Assembly: GCA_964016885.1 (NCBI GenBank)
Contig: OZ024742.1
Span: forward strand, 156,674,001-156,738,000
Direction of reading: 5' to 3'
Source: Eledone cirrhosa
Taxonomy: Eukaryota
DNA: 64,000 bases
Under the pieces are notes generated by a model that was not told the origin of the DNA, made no database searches, and saw only the letters and a program-made list of their open reading frames with translations. Of the stretch, positions 11,720 through 25,199 are shown piece by piece (position 1 is the first letter of the stretch; each line of letters opens with the position of its first letter). Both the position numbers and the translations under genes were made by a program.

Positions 11720-13069
11720 GCAAAAGTTCTATTTAAAATTGTTGGGATACAACAAGTAAATATTTTTATAACTGATATAAAGCACTCGACAAGTTTTGGG
11801 AGTAGATATACGATATTAATAAATGGAAACTATATTTATAAAACCATATTTATTTCATCATACATATTTCAGGGATATCACATCAAATTATGGTATGCCT
11901 TCATCAGACAAAATACAATATATAACAGTTTTACAAATAGCTTTGACGTACCCTTTTAAAATACAACCATTACTTTTGGAGGCTGTCGGGATAGTGATTT
12001 GTTTATATTATTTTAATAAGTCATAGTTTTAAGCACAATTAGAAAAAAACGGAGAGAAAGAAAAAGAAAAAAAGAAAAAAAGAAAAAAGACGGAGAGAGA
12101 GAAAGAAAACCTGGAGAAATATCGGTGAGAGAGAGAAATGTATGGAGAAAAGAAAGAGATAAATAAAGATAGGAGGAAATAAAAAAGAAAGAAAAAAGGA
12201 AGAAATAAGAAAAACAAAGGAAAGCAACAGAGAGATATCAAGTCATCATACGGATAGAAAAACTCAAGAGAGAGAAATACTATATAGAGAGAGGGGGAGA
12301 CAATGAAAACTTTACGTCATGTTATATTAAGTTGAGTTAACAATTTATATGAAATGAATAATAAAAATATAAATATCAATATTCATGAATGGGACATAGA
12401 TATATAATATGAGAAATTAAACATTGTTCAATAATGACTATATGTTTAGTTTAAAAACTTGAGATCAATACACCAAAATCTGAGTTAAATCGTTCAAAAT
12501 ATTCATGTATTAATATTCATGTATTAATATACGATTACCATTCATGTATTTAATATTATGCATATCTGCAACATACCTCTCACCCACATACATATATACA
12601 CATACATATGTATAAATAAATATTTGCGTGCGTCCTCTCGCATCGCATATATACAAACATATATACAAACACAAAAAAACCTATAACACTTTATATGCAT
12701 GTTAATACACACATATGCATTTGTATAGAGATAATCAAATATCAATATATTACTAAAGGATTATAACTTGTAAATATTACTATAACAATATAAATTTAAA
12801 ATACCAAAGGAATTTCTATACTAAAATTTCTATACTAAATATATAAAACATATTATTTTAACTTAAGATACTCTATAGTGTTTTAAAGATATTTATGCTT
12901 TGATACTTCTAGATTTCTTTTGACTATACTGAAAATATATTTACAAGTTATAATCCTTTAGTAATATATTGATATTTGATTATCTCTATACAAATGCATA
13001 TGTGTGTATTAACATGCATATAAAGTGTTATAGGTTGTTTGTGTTTGTATATATGTCTGTATATATACA

Positions 13070-13678
13070 TGTCAGGTCACCAGTTGGTGCTACTGGTAAC
13101 ATGTATCCCAGTACAACCTGTCTCATGATCGGTTCGTTGGCGACTAAACTGGCAACCCCACCAAGGTTTCTTGGTGAGGAGGGTGACTTTGGACATCCTG
13201 CAGGACTAAAAACAAAACCTGTCAAAGGGAAAAGGAGCTCTTAAGAGTCAAGGGCCATCTAAAATCACCGGGAGAGATGACCCCTTAGCCTTTGTCAAGG
13301 CGGAATTCTAGGAGAAGGAAAACTCTGATATAACACCTGCAACTCTGATGGTATCCAATGATGTTGACTTGTTCTTCTTTTTGGTAAATATCATATTGGT
13401 TAAGAGAGTGGGACTGGCTTTGTGCAGTGCCTTTGCTCACTATAAAAGCTTCACAGCACAGGCATTGCTTTATATCTGGAGATCTCTCTGCACTTGTCAT
13501 CACATGGTACCATGGGCCCAGCACTATGTGTCAGTAATTGTCAAAGTGTAGTGTTTGTACCAGAGTTTTCAAGTCGCTGGCTGGACGAATAAGTCACACT
13601 CGTTCAGCGCATCAGTAGGAGTTCTCCTACATGGATATAAAGTAGTGGCCGTACTCGAAAACGAGTTGGCAGCCACCA
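13070..13678 (+). mobile_element. Inserted RTE-like 5' fragment
   Basis: Absent from the left palindrome arm; apparent TSD ATATATACA; contains TAGGAGAAGGAAAACTCTGA, a motif I recall from RTE 5' regions. Confidence 0.5.
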
Positions 13679-14682
13679 TATATACACGAGCGATGCGGGA
13701 GGACGCACGCAAATATTTATTTATACATATGTATGTGTATATATGTATGCGTATATATCTATGTGGGTGAGAGGTATGTTGCAGATATGCATAATATTAA
13801 ATACGTGAATGGTAATCGTATATATGAGGACATGAATATTAATCGTATATATTTATGTATATATACTGTGAACTTTTTATAACACAAGGAATGTATAGCA
13901 GTGATTAAGAGAAATCATTTACGTTTGTATGGCTATATTGTTGGCTTGAGTAAACATCATTTCTATTTTCTAGACGTGCGTATGTGTATATATATATATA
14001 TATATATACATATATATTTGTATGTCTTTGTATAATATACTAATCTCTATAGCAAGGGTACATTTTGAACGATTTAACTCAGATTTTGGTATATTGATCT
14101 GAAGTTTTTAAACTAAACATATAATCATTATTGAACTATGTTTAATTTCTCATATTATATACCTCTGTCCCATTCATGAATATTGATATTTATATTTGTA
14201 TTATTCATTTCATATAAATTGTTAATTCAACTTAATATAACATGACGTAAAATTTTCATTGTCTCCCCCTCTCTCTATATAGTATTTCTCTCTCTTGAGT
14301 TTTTCTATCTGTATGATGACTTGATATCTCTCTGTTGCTTTCCTTTGTTTTTCTTATTTCTTCCTTTTTTCTTTCTTTTTTATTTCCTCCTATCTTTATT
14401 TATCTCTTTCTTTTCTCCATACAGTTCTCTCTCTCTCCGATATTTCTCCAGGTTTTCTTTCTCTCTCTCCGTCTTTTTTCTTTTTTCTTTTTTCTTTTTT
14501 CTTTTTTCTTTTTTCTTCTTTCTTTTTTTTCTTTTTTCTTTCTCTCCGTCTTTTTCTAATTGTGCTTAACACTATGACTTATTAAAATAATATAAACAAA
14601 TCACTATCCAGACAGCCTCCAAAAGTAATGGTTGTATTTTAAAAGGGTACGTCAATGCTATTTGTAAAACTGTTATATATTG

Positions 14683-14748
14683 TATTTTGTCTGATGAAGG
14701 CATACCATAATTTAATGTGGTATCCATTGAAATATGTATAATGAAATA
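14683..14748 (+). ncRNA. Type I hammerhead motif
   Basis: TATTTTGT-CTGATGA-AGGCATACCA..TGGTATCCATT-GAAA-TATGTA-TA-ATGAAATA; stem III ATATGTAT is self-complementary with G.U pairs. Confidence 0.7.
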
Positions 14749-14807
14749 AATATGGTTTTATAAATATAGTTTCCATTTATTAATTTCGTATATATATATA
14801 TATATAT

Positions 14808-15100
14808 AAGAAAAATAGATGAAATCGACAATGCAACTTGAGTCTTTTTAAGAATATTTATTTGGTTTCTTTACCGGTTTCACAGTTCTTGTGCTTTTCA
14901 AAAGTTGAATTGAGCATGAGAGTTTGTGGTTGCGAAAAAACCCACAAAACCATAAGAACTGTGAAACCGGTAGAGGAACCAAATAAATATTCTTAAAAAG
15001 ACACCAGTTGCAATTTCGATTTCATCTTATTTCCTCATACATTCACTCGTGTAGGACATCTCGTTATTTTTTATTTTGGAAAAAAATCCTCATTTTCTAA
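14808..15100. mobile_element. Short head-to-head palindromic pseudo-LTR with U3:A8 hammerhead
   Basis: 14808-14893 is the reverse complement of 14951-15036. Minus strand 14869-14905 reads CTT-TTGAAAA-GCA..TGT-GAAA-CCGG-TA-AAG. Confidence 0.7.
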
Positions 15101-15499
15101 TATATATATATAATAAAATCATGAAGATTAACACAGATAAGCTATACAGTAGGGTTTATTCCAAGCATTAACATATGTTTCATTGGCTAGTAATGTGATT
15201 TGATGCGTCTTCAGAAATATATCTGCAATGATATTGTAAAATTCGATTTTAAATACAACTCTTCCCAGGCAAATTATCAAAATACTGATTTTGGATCCGT
15301 TGATACAACGTATTTATCCTGAGGCATACAGACATTCAGATGATAATCAAGATAAAATAAAATATAATAAAATAAAGTATAATAAAATAAAGTATAATAA
15401 AATAAAAGATATAAATGTAAGGATTTATATGCCCGATGGGTAATACAGTTGAAAGTGTATGATACAATTAAAGAATGAAAATAATAATAAATAGTAATG

Positions 15500-15765
15500 A
15501 TTTCTACTATAGGCGGGAGGAAAAAGTCGATTAAATCGACCCCAGTGCGTTACTGGTGCTTTAAATAACAATAATAATAATTGTGTCTACTTTTGGCACA
15601 AGGCCAGAAATTAACCCCAGTGCATTACTGGTACTTTATTTTATCGACCCCGTGAGGATGAAAGGCAAAGTTAACCTCGGCGGGATTTGAACTCAGACCG
15701 TACAGGGCCGTAACTCTATACTACAATGCATGGCGTCCGATCCGCTACCGATACTGACAATCCAA
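15500..15765 (-). mobile_element. Two adjacent SINE copies (3' fragment 15500-15563; full copy 15581-15765)
   Basis: SINE core and tail on the minus strand; the fragment has an extra GGGGTCGATTTAATCGACT segment (another subfamily). Confidence 0.85.
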
Positions 15766-16164
15766 CAATAATAAATGATTGGTACGACATGTGACGATAA
15801 TAGATTTGAAAAGATAGATTTCGTATCTAATATAGGTGTGTCAGATTTTCTTCCATCTGATTGTTTAATTGTTCGTTCCCTGCATTTGATTGGTTAATAG
15901 TACGTCCTTTGATGTCGTTGGAGGCATGATTTGAGTTTTTAAGTAAGTTGCTGATCGTTGGTTTAGTTGGTTATTGCAGTTATTGGACTGATAAAGGGCT
16001 ATGTTTTTAAGATAAGGTATGATACATTTGTAATGTGGTGTCTTTTATGGTGATAAGAGACATGTTTAAATTGCCAATTGGCGCCAAATTTTGAGATGCT
16101 ATAGGTATTGGAGATTATAGTGTTTAAACAAACATTTAGGCTAATGGATCGATTCTCGTCTATT

Positions 16165-16226
<62 letters not shown>

Positions 16227-16241
16227 GTGTATGTGTGTGTG

Positions 16242-16279
<38 letters not shown>

Positions 16280-17487
16280 TGGGTGTGGGTGTGTGTGTGT
16301 GTGTGTGCGTGTGTTTGTGTGTGTGTTGCACGGTTTATCTAATGAGTAGATATAGATATTTCGATTAGCAAACCATGGTGCAATAAACCAAAGCAGACGT
16401 CGTTAGGCGTATCATCTATCTAAGATGTGGCATCTCCTGGCTGGTGCAAGGTTAGATTTATATGATTCAAGGAAAACTGGAGACTGTATTCCAAAATATT
16501 CCTTTATTGTTTCCAATTAAATAATACATATTTCTATGGCGGGATACCAGATATGACGCAAGATAATGGGAGACATTTTCATGGGCAATGTACATAAATA
16601 TATTAAAGGTTTAATTCAATAATAGTTATTGAGTTACAGCAAAATATAAGCAATGGATACGTACAGAGCTGCCCGCCTAGCAATGCGAAGCCCACGATGA
16701 ATGGCCTACGTATGTCACTCAGTTGACAATGCTATACATTGTGGATTAGTAAACGGGACGACAAGCGGTATTTCATAGTGAAACATTTAAACTGCAAGCT
16801 AATGTGACACTATTATTCAGGTGGTATAAGCCTAAGGTTACAGCGCTGGACCTTTGCCTTAGCAATGAATCTCTTAAGATTATACAGTTATAAAGGCTAC
16901 ATAGATTAGATGCAAAATCACAATAGTAAATAATTGCACAGTAGTATATAAACCGTAAAAAGTAACCAAAGTAATAATATTATACATATCTGACTAATGA
17001 ATAATTATAATTATAATATGAGTATTTACAAATACGCACATAATTAATTACAAAAGAAAGAAATTGGTTACCAAACCCATACGCTGATATATATTAAGTT
17101 GATGATGAACATATTCTACGGCGTGCCTTTATCATAAGCTCGACCTACCGATGGTCTTCAAGACCCAGGTTCCAAGAAGGGTTGCATGAATCCACGTAGG
17201 TTCAAAATAATATGGAAATGTAGGAAAATGTGGGATCATTTGCGGATACTTATTTCAATTTATTACAAGCACTCTTGATAGGAATCAAACCCGGCGTCAG
17301 AGTAAGTAATTAAAAGAACAACTAGGAAGTGGATTCATGATATAATGCTTCCCGGGTAACGAGAGAAAGCGATATTAACCACCGTGATGCATAGATTAAA
17401 TGCAATCCTAGCGTTACGTCACGCTAATGGCAACATTGATAATAACGCTTCTTATACTACTCATAAGAAAGAATCACAATAGTAAAT

Positions 17488-17662
17488 AATTGTTTCTACT
17501 TTTGGCACAAGGCCAGCAATTACGCAGTACATTACTGCTACTTTATTTTATCGACCCTGTAAGGATAAAAGGCAAAGTTAACCTCGGCGGGATTTGAACT
17601 ACGAATGGCAAGGGCCGTAATTATATGCGTCAAAGCATGGCGTCCATCCCTCTACCGATACT
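17488..17662 (-). mobile_element. SINE copy
   Basis: Matches the window SINE consensus. Confidence 0.9.
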
Positions 17663-18142
17663 ATTATAATAATAGATACTAAAAGTAAGTAAATAATTAA
17701 CAACGTAAGTAATTAGTTAAAACAACTATTCACATATACGTGTAAGGTTATATACATAGATGATGGCGAAAAGACTCCATGATGCAGCCATATTGCATGC
17801 TTAACCGGTACACTCTCATCGGGCACCAGAATCCAGGAAAGAGTTTTATGCCTCTGAGTACATTCAATATGATATGCAAATAAGGAGTAAATACTTGAAT
17901 ATTAACTTCAATGTAGCCCACGTACATATCCAGGAATCCGAGTAGTTTCCCAAAGAAAATTCACAGGCAATCGACTAGTGACGGAACGCGCCCTGTATAC
18001 CAACTGTACCGAGAGCAGCCGTCCTAATACAGATTATAAGGTAACATCAGTAATAATGGTAAAAGGGAAACCCAAAAGCATAAAAATAATAACAAATAAG
18101 AATGATGATATTGAAAACAAATTTCATTATAAGCACAAAAAA

Positions 18143-18285
18143 GGGCGGAGGATTGGCGTATCGGTAGAGGCTCGGATGCCATGCATTGCAGCATACAATT
18201 ATGGCCTTTATTATTTGAAGTTCAAATCCAAACCGATGTTAACTTTGCCTTTAATCCTTACGGGGTCAATAAAATAAAGTACTAG
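18143..18285 (+). mobile_element. SINE copy, 3'-truncated and diverged
   Basis: GGCGGAGGATTGGCGTATCGGTAGAGG...CCTTACGGGGTCAATAAAATAAAGTACTAG. Confidence 0.8.
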
Positions 18286-18610
18286 TCACACACGTTATAT
18301 TGCCAATATAAGTAACAACTATAATCTCAAAAAATATCAGAATCAAAACAATTATCATCGAAATTGTTGTACACAAAAATGAGGGTGACCATAACAAAAG
18401 CTAATAAAACCATTACTAAAATGAAACAACATTTCACTAATAACGATCTTTGAATGTCACCATAATATATTAGAAGAGGTACAAGTTTCACATTCATCAA
18501 AACATTATATGTATAGGCAGAAAAAATATAAATAAAGTGAAAAATATTAATAAAGACAAAATAATAAAAATATTACGGATCATTAAAATGTTAATACATA
18601 TACATATGAA

Positions 18611-18798
18611 GGGCGGTGGATTGGCAGTATCGGTAGAGGGTCGGACGCGATGCTTTCCAGCATAGTTACGTCCCTTTACGATCTGAGTTCAAATCCCGCC
18701 GAGGTTGACTTTGCCATTCATCCTTACGGGGTCGATAAAATAAAGTACCAGTAATGCACTGGATAATTGCTGGCCTTGTGCCTAAAGTAGAAACAATT
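18611..18798 (+). mobile_element. SINE copy
   Basis: Full length; TSD-like ATTAAAATGTTAATACATATA on both sides. Confidence 0.9.
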
Positions 18799-19258
18799 AA
18801 AATGTTAATACATATAATTGCTGTTTCATTTATTGGCAATAGGAGACAATATAAGACAGGGTCAGTTGAGTTTTTACATATAACATGATATAACATATCA
18901 AAATAATTTTAAAAAATATAAGAAGTTAAATTCCCTAATAGCGCGGATAACCACCCAAGATTGAATCAGGTACCATATAAATCCTGATCCATTCAAAAAT
19001 TCGAGGGCACCCAGGAAGGGCACCACTCTCCTCCTCAATCTATCCAGACTAAAGGTGCTGACTAGGTCCAATCACGCGGGATATTCTCGCCATATTCACC
19101 AACCTTTCCGCAAATGTAATTGCGAGAGAAGCTCTTCTCTATTCACGTTCACACTCCTTTCCAAATGAAACATTAAAGACGGATGTGTATATATATATAC
19201 ACACACACACTATCTCCCCCCCCACACACAGACACATACACACACACGCACATATATA

Positions 19259-19331
<73 letters not shown>

Positions 19332-19375
19332 AAGTTAAATAAAAGTCAAATGATTAAAATTTAGCTTCGTTTATT

Positions 19376-19430
19376 ACTGCTATATATATTTCAGTGACAG
19401 CCATCTTTGGCTGTGACCTCTTCAGGAAGT
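19376..19430 (-). ncRNA. Type I hammerhead motif in a (TA)n-flanked pseudo-LTR fragment (19325-19545)
   Basis: Minus strand ACTTC-CTGAAGA-GGTCACAGCCA-AAGA-TGGCTGTCACT-GAAA-TATATA-TA-GCAGT. Confidence 0.75.
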
Positions 19431-19541
19431 TTGAATTAGTATGGTATAGACAAGTACATATGTTGTTTAGGTGTATGATATTGTCAATACTCTGATATGC
19501 CCAGTTCCTTGTTGGGTTGTTAATTCACTGGGGAACTGGAG

Positions 19542-19578
<37 letters not shown>

Positions 19579-19630
19579 CGGAGGTTATATTTAATTTGTT
19601 GGGATTAAACAAGCTTAAACATTTGTATAA

Positions 19631-20303
19631 CCTTAACAGGATGTGCTGAAACTAAAAATATCAATCTGTAAACGCAGAAGTAAATATTTCGAAAAACGTT
19701 GCAACCGAAGGAAGACAGGAAGACGATACTACGATTCGAGCCCTCTTCGGATTTTAGTCTTCAACAGTTTAGTGGATTAAATATACATTATATTAACAAA
19801 TGCAAATATAGTGGATTAACTATGCAAATATAGTGGATTAAATATACATTATATTAACAAATGCAAACCATATTTATAAAACCATATTTATTTTATTATA
19901 CATATTTAACGGTTGGAGCTTCCTGAGGAAGCTCCAACCGTTAAGGTTGTCTTTTCTCAGAGTATGTCAATATTTATTTATAAAACTAATTCTGTATTGT
20001 ATTTTATCTGATGAAAGCGCAATATAATTTGCCTTGGTGGCCCTTGAAATATGTATAATAAAATAAATATGCTTTTATAAATACAGTTTCTATTTGTTAA
20101 TATATTGTATATATATATATATTTATTAAAATAACAGATTAAAGTTTAAGCAAAGAATCGCTGCTTTCATCCTTAACAGGATGTGCTGAAACTAAAAATA
20201 TCAATCTGTAAACGCAGAAGTAAATATTTCGAAAAACGTTGCAACCGAAGGAAGACAGGAAGACGATACTACGATTCGAGCCCTCTTCGGATTTTAGTCT
20301 TCA
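19631..20303. repeat. 133-bp direct repeat (19631-19764 / 20171-20303) surrounding a palindromic pseudo-LTR fragment
   Basis: Identical CCTTAACAGGATGTGCTGAAAC...TTAGTCTTCAA copies; perfect hairpin TTAACGGTTGGAGCTTCC-TGA-GGAAGCTCCAACCGTTAA at 19906-19944. Confidence 0.8.
20000..20065 (+). ncRNA. Type I hammerhead motif
   Basis: TATTTTAT-CTGATGA-AAGCGC..GCCCTT-GAAA-TATGTA-TA-ATAAAATA; perfect 8-bp stem I. Confidence 0.75.
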
Positions 20304-21169
20304 AATATATTATTATTACTATATATATATGTATTTGTAGTAAGGTGGCTTGGATGCGTCCACAGGCGGTATGTCGGTTGAGCCCTCTATGCCCCTTCAG
20401 AGCAGAGTATAATAATATGGAAAACGAAGAATCAGTGATGTATCGAAACAATTTATTAACGTATTACAATTGTTTCTCCAGCGAACAGCTCGAGGTACGA
20501 TCTATTTGTGGATCGAACCCGGCACTGGATTCGCAAGTTCCTCAGATACGTCTAGCGACATCGAATCGAATCCCCTATCTGTTGCATTCCGTCCCTTTGT
20601 ATTTCTTTCATCTGCCATCATCTCGTTTTGCGGCCCATCAACTGGTCAAGAGTTTGTGACGTTATCTGCATGTTTCCCCATTCAAAACTGCCGACTGGCC
20701 ATTTCCATTCAGGCGTGAGCAGTCATTCACCTTAATTCTGTCGCCAGAATTATTAATAAGTGGGCATGGTGTTCTGATCTAAATTGCCTGTCCCTAGCAT
20801 GCCCGCAGCCCGATACGCACACACACACATAAACATGAGATCACACACATACATTCCGAGCTCCTGATCACACTCTTATCTGTGCGGACATGCACACACA
20901 CACACCCGCGCGTACGGTCAGGCGCGTGCGTATACACGTACACATGCATATATTCAGACCCACATATATAGGTACATGCATACACAGATATACGCACAGA
21001 TTTTCTTATTCACGAACCTCCCCCCGCCACACACACACATGTAGATGTATATACATACACATATATATATATGTATACGTATATACACACCTATACATAC
21101 ACATACATATACCCGCGCGTACACAGGCACCCAAGCATACTCTTGGTTCCTTACCACACTTCCTTTGTC

Positions 21170-21251
<82 letters not shown>

Positions 21252-21564
21252 TGGGATTATTACAGCATGTGTAGCAATATTTTCAAAACACGTTTATGTT
21301 TTCATCCTGACATATTTCGATGTACCAGGATGGGATTCAGATATCTTTTCCCCGGGGTTTAAGCAATCCCTTGAACTAAAAAATAAATTATTTTATATCC
21401 ATACATTCTATAATTATTTATTCGGAACATCATATGAAAGGAAACATTCTAATGCATCTAAATAAGCTTTTTTGTTTTTGCAACTTCACATTTGTCTAAT
21501 ATCAATATCAAAGAGGGTGAGTGATATATGTTTTTATAAAATGGAATCCCCCAAATAGCAATAT

Positions 21565-21608
<44 letters not shown>

Positions 21609-21618
21609 ACTTATATGA

Positions 21619-21672
<54 letters not shown>

Positions 21673-22907
21673 ACAGATGGTTAAAAGGGTTCTAGGTATT
21701 TTATTATACGCATTTCAAAAACAAATATCATCATGGGATGATATCTGCGTTCTCATCATATAAAATAGGGAGACATGATATGAAGCTTAAAAAATGCTTG
21801 TGAATAGTGAAGTTTTAAATCATCAGAGGAAAAATAAATTAAGATTGATGTATGAGATTGGGAAAAAAGTGACGGGGTATGGAAAAGGTAAGGAGGAGGA
21901 AGAGATGAGATTAAATAACTGTGGGAAAGGAGTATAAGAAGGAACGATGAGAGAGGAGGAGTGATGGGTGATAGAGAGAGAGAGATAGCCTTTACAACTG
22001 AGAAAAAAAAATGTTTTTCAATTAGAGAAATTAAAAAGCTGTTGAAATATAATAGATAATTTAAAAGATTTTGAAATTAAAAGTTAATGAGGTTTATGCA
22101 TGAAGAAAAAGGAATTAAGATTAGTATTAAATTAAGGTTTGTATATTGAAGGGTTTAATAATATGTGCGAGGAAAATAATTTATTAATATGTATTATTAA
22201 AATAAAAGTATTAATGTTATTAAGGATATAATGTGAAAAGAAGGAGAAGAATGAATGAGTTATGAATTCAGAGGAATTAGTTAGTGTTTAAGTTTGTTTT
22301 TATGTAATGTAATATGTGTACGTAAATAGTTCGTTTAAAAATGAGCGGGGTACGAAAAGAAGAAAATAATGTTTAAGGAAGAAAATATCTAACATCAAAA
22401 AGTATATATGTTTACGATATATTTTCTAATGGTAATAATATAATATATTAAAAGAAATTAGTTAGGGTTTAATTTTGTTTTTTATGTTTTTATGTATTGT
22501 AATATGTAAAAGTCAAATTAAGTAGTAGTTTAAAACGAGCATGAAAGTATGGAGGAGATAGGAAAAACTTAAGGAAAAAAAAAATCTAACGTCAAAAAAG
22601 TATACCTTTACGAAGGACTTTTAATGGTAATACTATAATGTATTAAAAAATAATTTGTATAGCCAATGATATGAGGAAAGATGGGAGAATGGATAATGTT
22701 GTGGTGAGTAATAATAAGAATTGAGAAGTAGTTAGGAAGAAAAGGTACAGATTAGAGGTTAGAAATTAAAAAAGAAAGGAAGAAAGGAAAATGATAAAGA
22801 GGAATGGTATAGGATGGGTAAATTGTATTATATAATATATAATAAATAATGTTGAAATAAGGTAGAAATACGGGTATATTTGTAAAGGATTTTAAACTAG
22901 TAAGGTA

Positions 22908-23465
22908 TTAGATATTAGCTGTATACTTTATGGAATGTTCTTTGGAATTGATGCAAGCAGAGAGAAAATAAATCCGTGCGTCCATTATTATAGAATTGAA
23001 ATTAGATATAATGGTAAATTTGTCAGCTAGGCAGAGATTACATGTTCTGGATAGGGAAGAATTCAAGTAGGGAAAGGCAGAACAAACCTTCCTCCAAGAG
23101 ATGTTATAGTTAATATTTTTGTCTTCAAAGGACCATATGAGTTCCGAGAGTGCCGTGTTTGGTCTAAAAGACGAATTGTGATTATAACATCTAGCTTTGA
23201 AGGAGGTGGAGATGGAACCGAAATAGGTAAAGGAATTGGTATCAGTTATAACCTTACATTCATGGACTAAGTTTTTATCAAGACAATGGTTATTAAGAGG
23301 ACATTTAGTTCTAACAGGGCAATTACAATTACGATTAGAGAAATTAACAGAGTTATTAACAAGTGACCTAGTCTTTTTTATAGGAGAAATTGGATTGGAG
23401 AAGTTATTTACGATAGGATTAATAGTTTCCTGATTTATGAACATTATGGTATTATGAACATTCAA
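22908..23465 (-). pseudogene. PLE GIY-YIG endonuclease domain (degenerate)
   Basis: CNC..CPLNNHC...YFGS.STSFKAR.YNH.SSF..TALS.LIW....I.W.....PY....CNLCLADKF, the characteristic Cys-rich Neptune-type endonuclease. Confidence 0.85.
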
Positions 23466-24528
23466 CGAAGTTACTTTTGACGTCGTATTTAACTTTACAG
23501 AATCTAGCCTAGAGTTAACAATGACGTCGGGAGTACTACTGCTATTATTGTGATGCTCAGTGCTGGAAGAATGTGATTTATTATTTAATATTTTATTGTT
23601 GTGTTTAGAGATAATGTTAGAAATGTTGGAAGAGGTGGAATAAGAAAATGTTATTGTATGTTTGTTAAAGATTTTACTATAAATATGTGAGGGAGGAAAG
23701 CATTTACCTATGGCCCTAAAGAATAGTTTAGGAATATTATTATTAATAGAAATAGAGAAAGCAACATTATACCAGATTATATTTTGTTATCTAGGTCTTT
23801 TATTTAAGTTATTGGAATGTTCATAATTAATTATTTTACTGTAAGACCTTCAAGGATTGGTTTCTTTACTGTATTTAATTTTAAAGCGCATTATCATAGT
23901 AATTGGCATTAGCATCGAATATATCTTTATTAGAGGATAGGTTTGAGATTATTTTTCAAATATTACTGACTATAGCATTTTTAATGTTAATGGGGGTGGT
24001 TAGATTTAAAATTAACATAATTTAGATTCTCATTGTTTTTATGGTAAGCGTAATATAGGCCAGTGTCAAGATTAAGGGATATATCTTTCTTTTCACATTA
24101 TATCCTTAATAAAATTAATATTTTTATTTTAATAATACATATTAATAAATTATTTTCCTCGCACATATTATTAAACCCTTGAATATACAAACCTTAATTT
24201 AATACTATTCTTAATTCCTTTTTCTTCATGCATAAACCTCATTAACTTTTAATTTTAAAATCTTTTAAATCATCTATTATCTTCCAACGGCTTTTTTAAT
24301 TTCTCTCTGTGAGACAATATATATTTTTTTCTCAGTTGTAAAGGCTATATCTCTCTATATATCACCCATCTCTCGTCCTCTCTCATCCTTCCTTCTCCAC
24401 CATTCTTTACTCCCATATCCCCCCCCCCCCTTTCCCAATCGCATACATCAATCTTTATTTATTTTTCATATGTTGATTTAAAACTTCACTATTCACAAGT
24501 GTTTTTTAAGCTTCATATCATGTCTCCT

Positions 24529-24596
24529 TATTTTATCTGATGAGAACGAAGATATCCCATGATGATATTTGTTTTTGAAATGTGCATAATAAAATA
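24529..24596 (+). ncRNA. Type I hammerhead in the PLE pseudo-LTR
   Basis: TATTTTAT-CTGATGA-GAAC..AGATATC..GATATTT..-GAAA-TGTGCA-TA-ATAAAATA. The mirror copy at 21697-21767 (minus) has C3>A. Confidence 0.8.
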
Positions 24597-24711
24597 ATTG
24601 GAACTCTGTTAACCATCTGTTGATCTTATATTATTTATACTCCAGTCCTACAAAATGTAGAGTGCTACTTACCCGATATTTGCAGATTTATTGTGCTACA
24701 ATAAAACCTCC

Positions 24712-24786
<75 letters not shown>

Positions 24787-25199
24787 TAGTTTGGTTTGAT
24801 ATATTTTACAATGTTTCAACTTCTCAACATATAATTGTGCATGTGTACATATCAAATTAAATGTTTATATTCCCATAAATATGGGACCAAAATGTATTTG
24901 GTAGCCTCTACAAGTCGCTTTGCGAGAAGATGATAGTGGATATCTATAAAGAGACTCCGATATGTCACCATGTTGGGTGGACTAATTCTCCGGATGAATT
25001 TCAGTATGGATTACTTGTCCTTTAATGGATTCAAATATGTTCATTTCACGGCATGGTGCTTTCAATATAATGTTAGAATTTAGAATAGATGTGAGCCCAA
25101 TTAATTATTGTACAGTATGTGCTAGTAGCTGGACTTTAAATGTTCAAATAACATTGGCGTGTGGCCACTTATTTACCTAAGTTATATAATGCAATAAAA

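Larger units (their letters stand above)
11807..14790. mobile_element. Large head-to-head palindrome of a PLE 3' region (arms ~1 kb) with a later insertion in the right arm
   Basis: 11807-12782 is the reverse complement of 12940-13068 plus 13690-14790. Contains a GA/TC-rich tract and an HHR in each arm (11848-11916 minus; 14683-14748 plus). Confidence 0.85.
21670..24715 (-). mobile_element. 5'-truncated Penelope-like retroelement (Neptune-like) with inverted pseudo-LTR
   Basis: Minus-strand GIY-YIG region and RT thumb remnants (IIWYN..KCFPPSHIYSKIFNK..FSYS). 21670-22215 is inverted at 24105-24630. (TA)n at both ends. Confidence 0.9.

Noticed and set aside
12029-12241. Phe/Leu/Ser-rich membrane-protein-like ORFs (also 14321-14569)
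   Set aside because: Translation of a low-complexity TC tract in a PLE 3' region.
5583-14790. Palindromes as sequencing or assembly fold-back artefacts
   Set aside because: The arms differ by many substitutions and indels, one has an arm-specific insertion with a TSD, and polarity is consistent with the ribozyme strand.
16900-19050. Faint ~550-bp periodic similarity (AATCACAATAGTAAATAATTG at ~16916 and ~17472)
   Set aside because: Too diverged to define a unit or family by eye.
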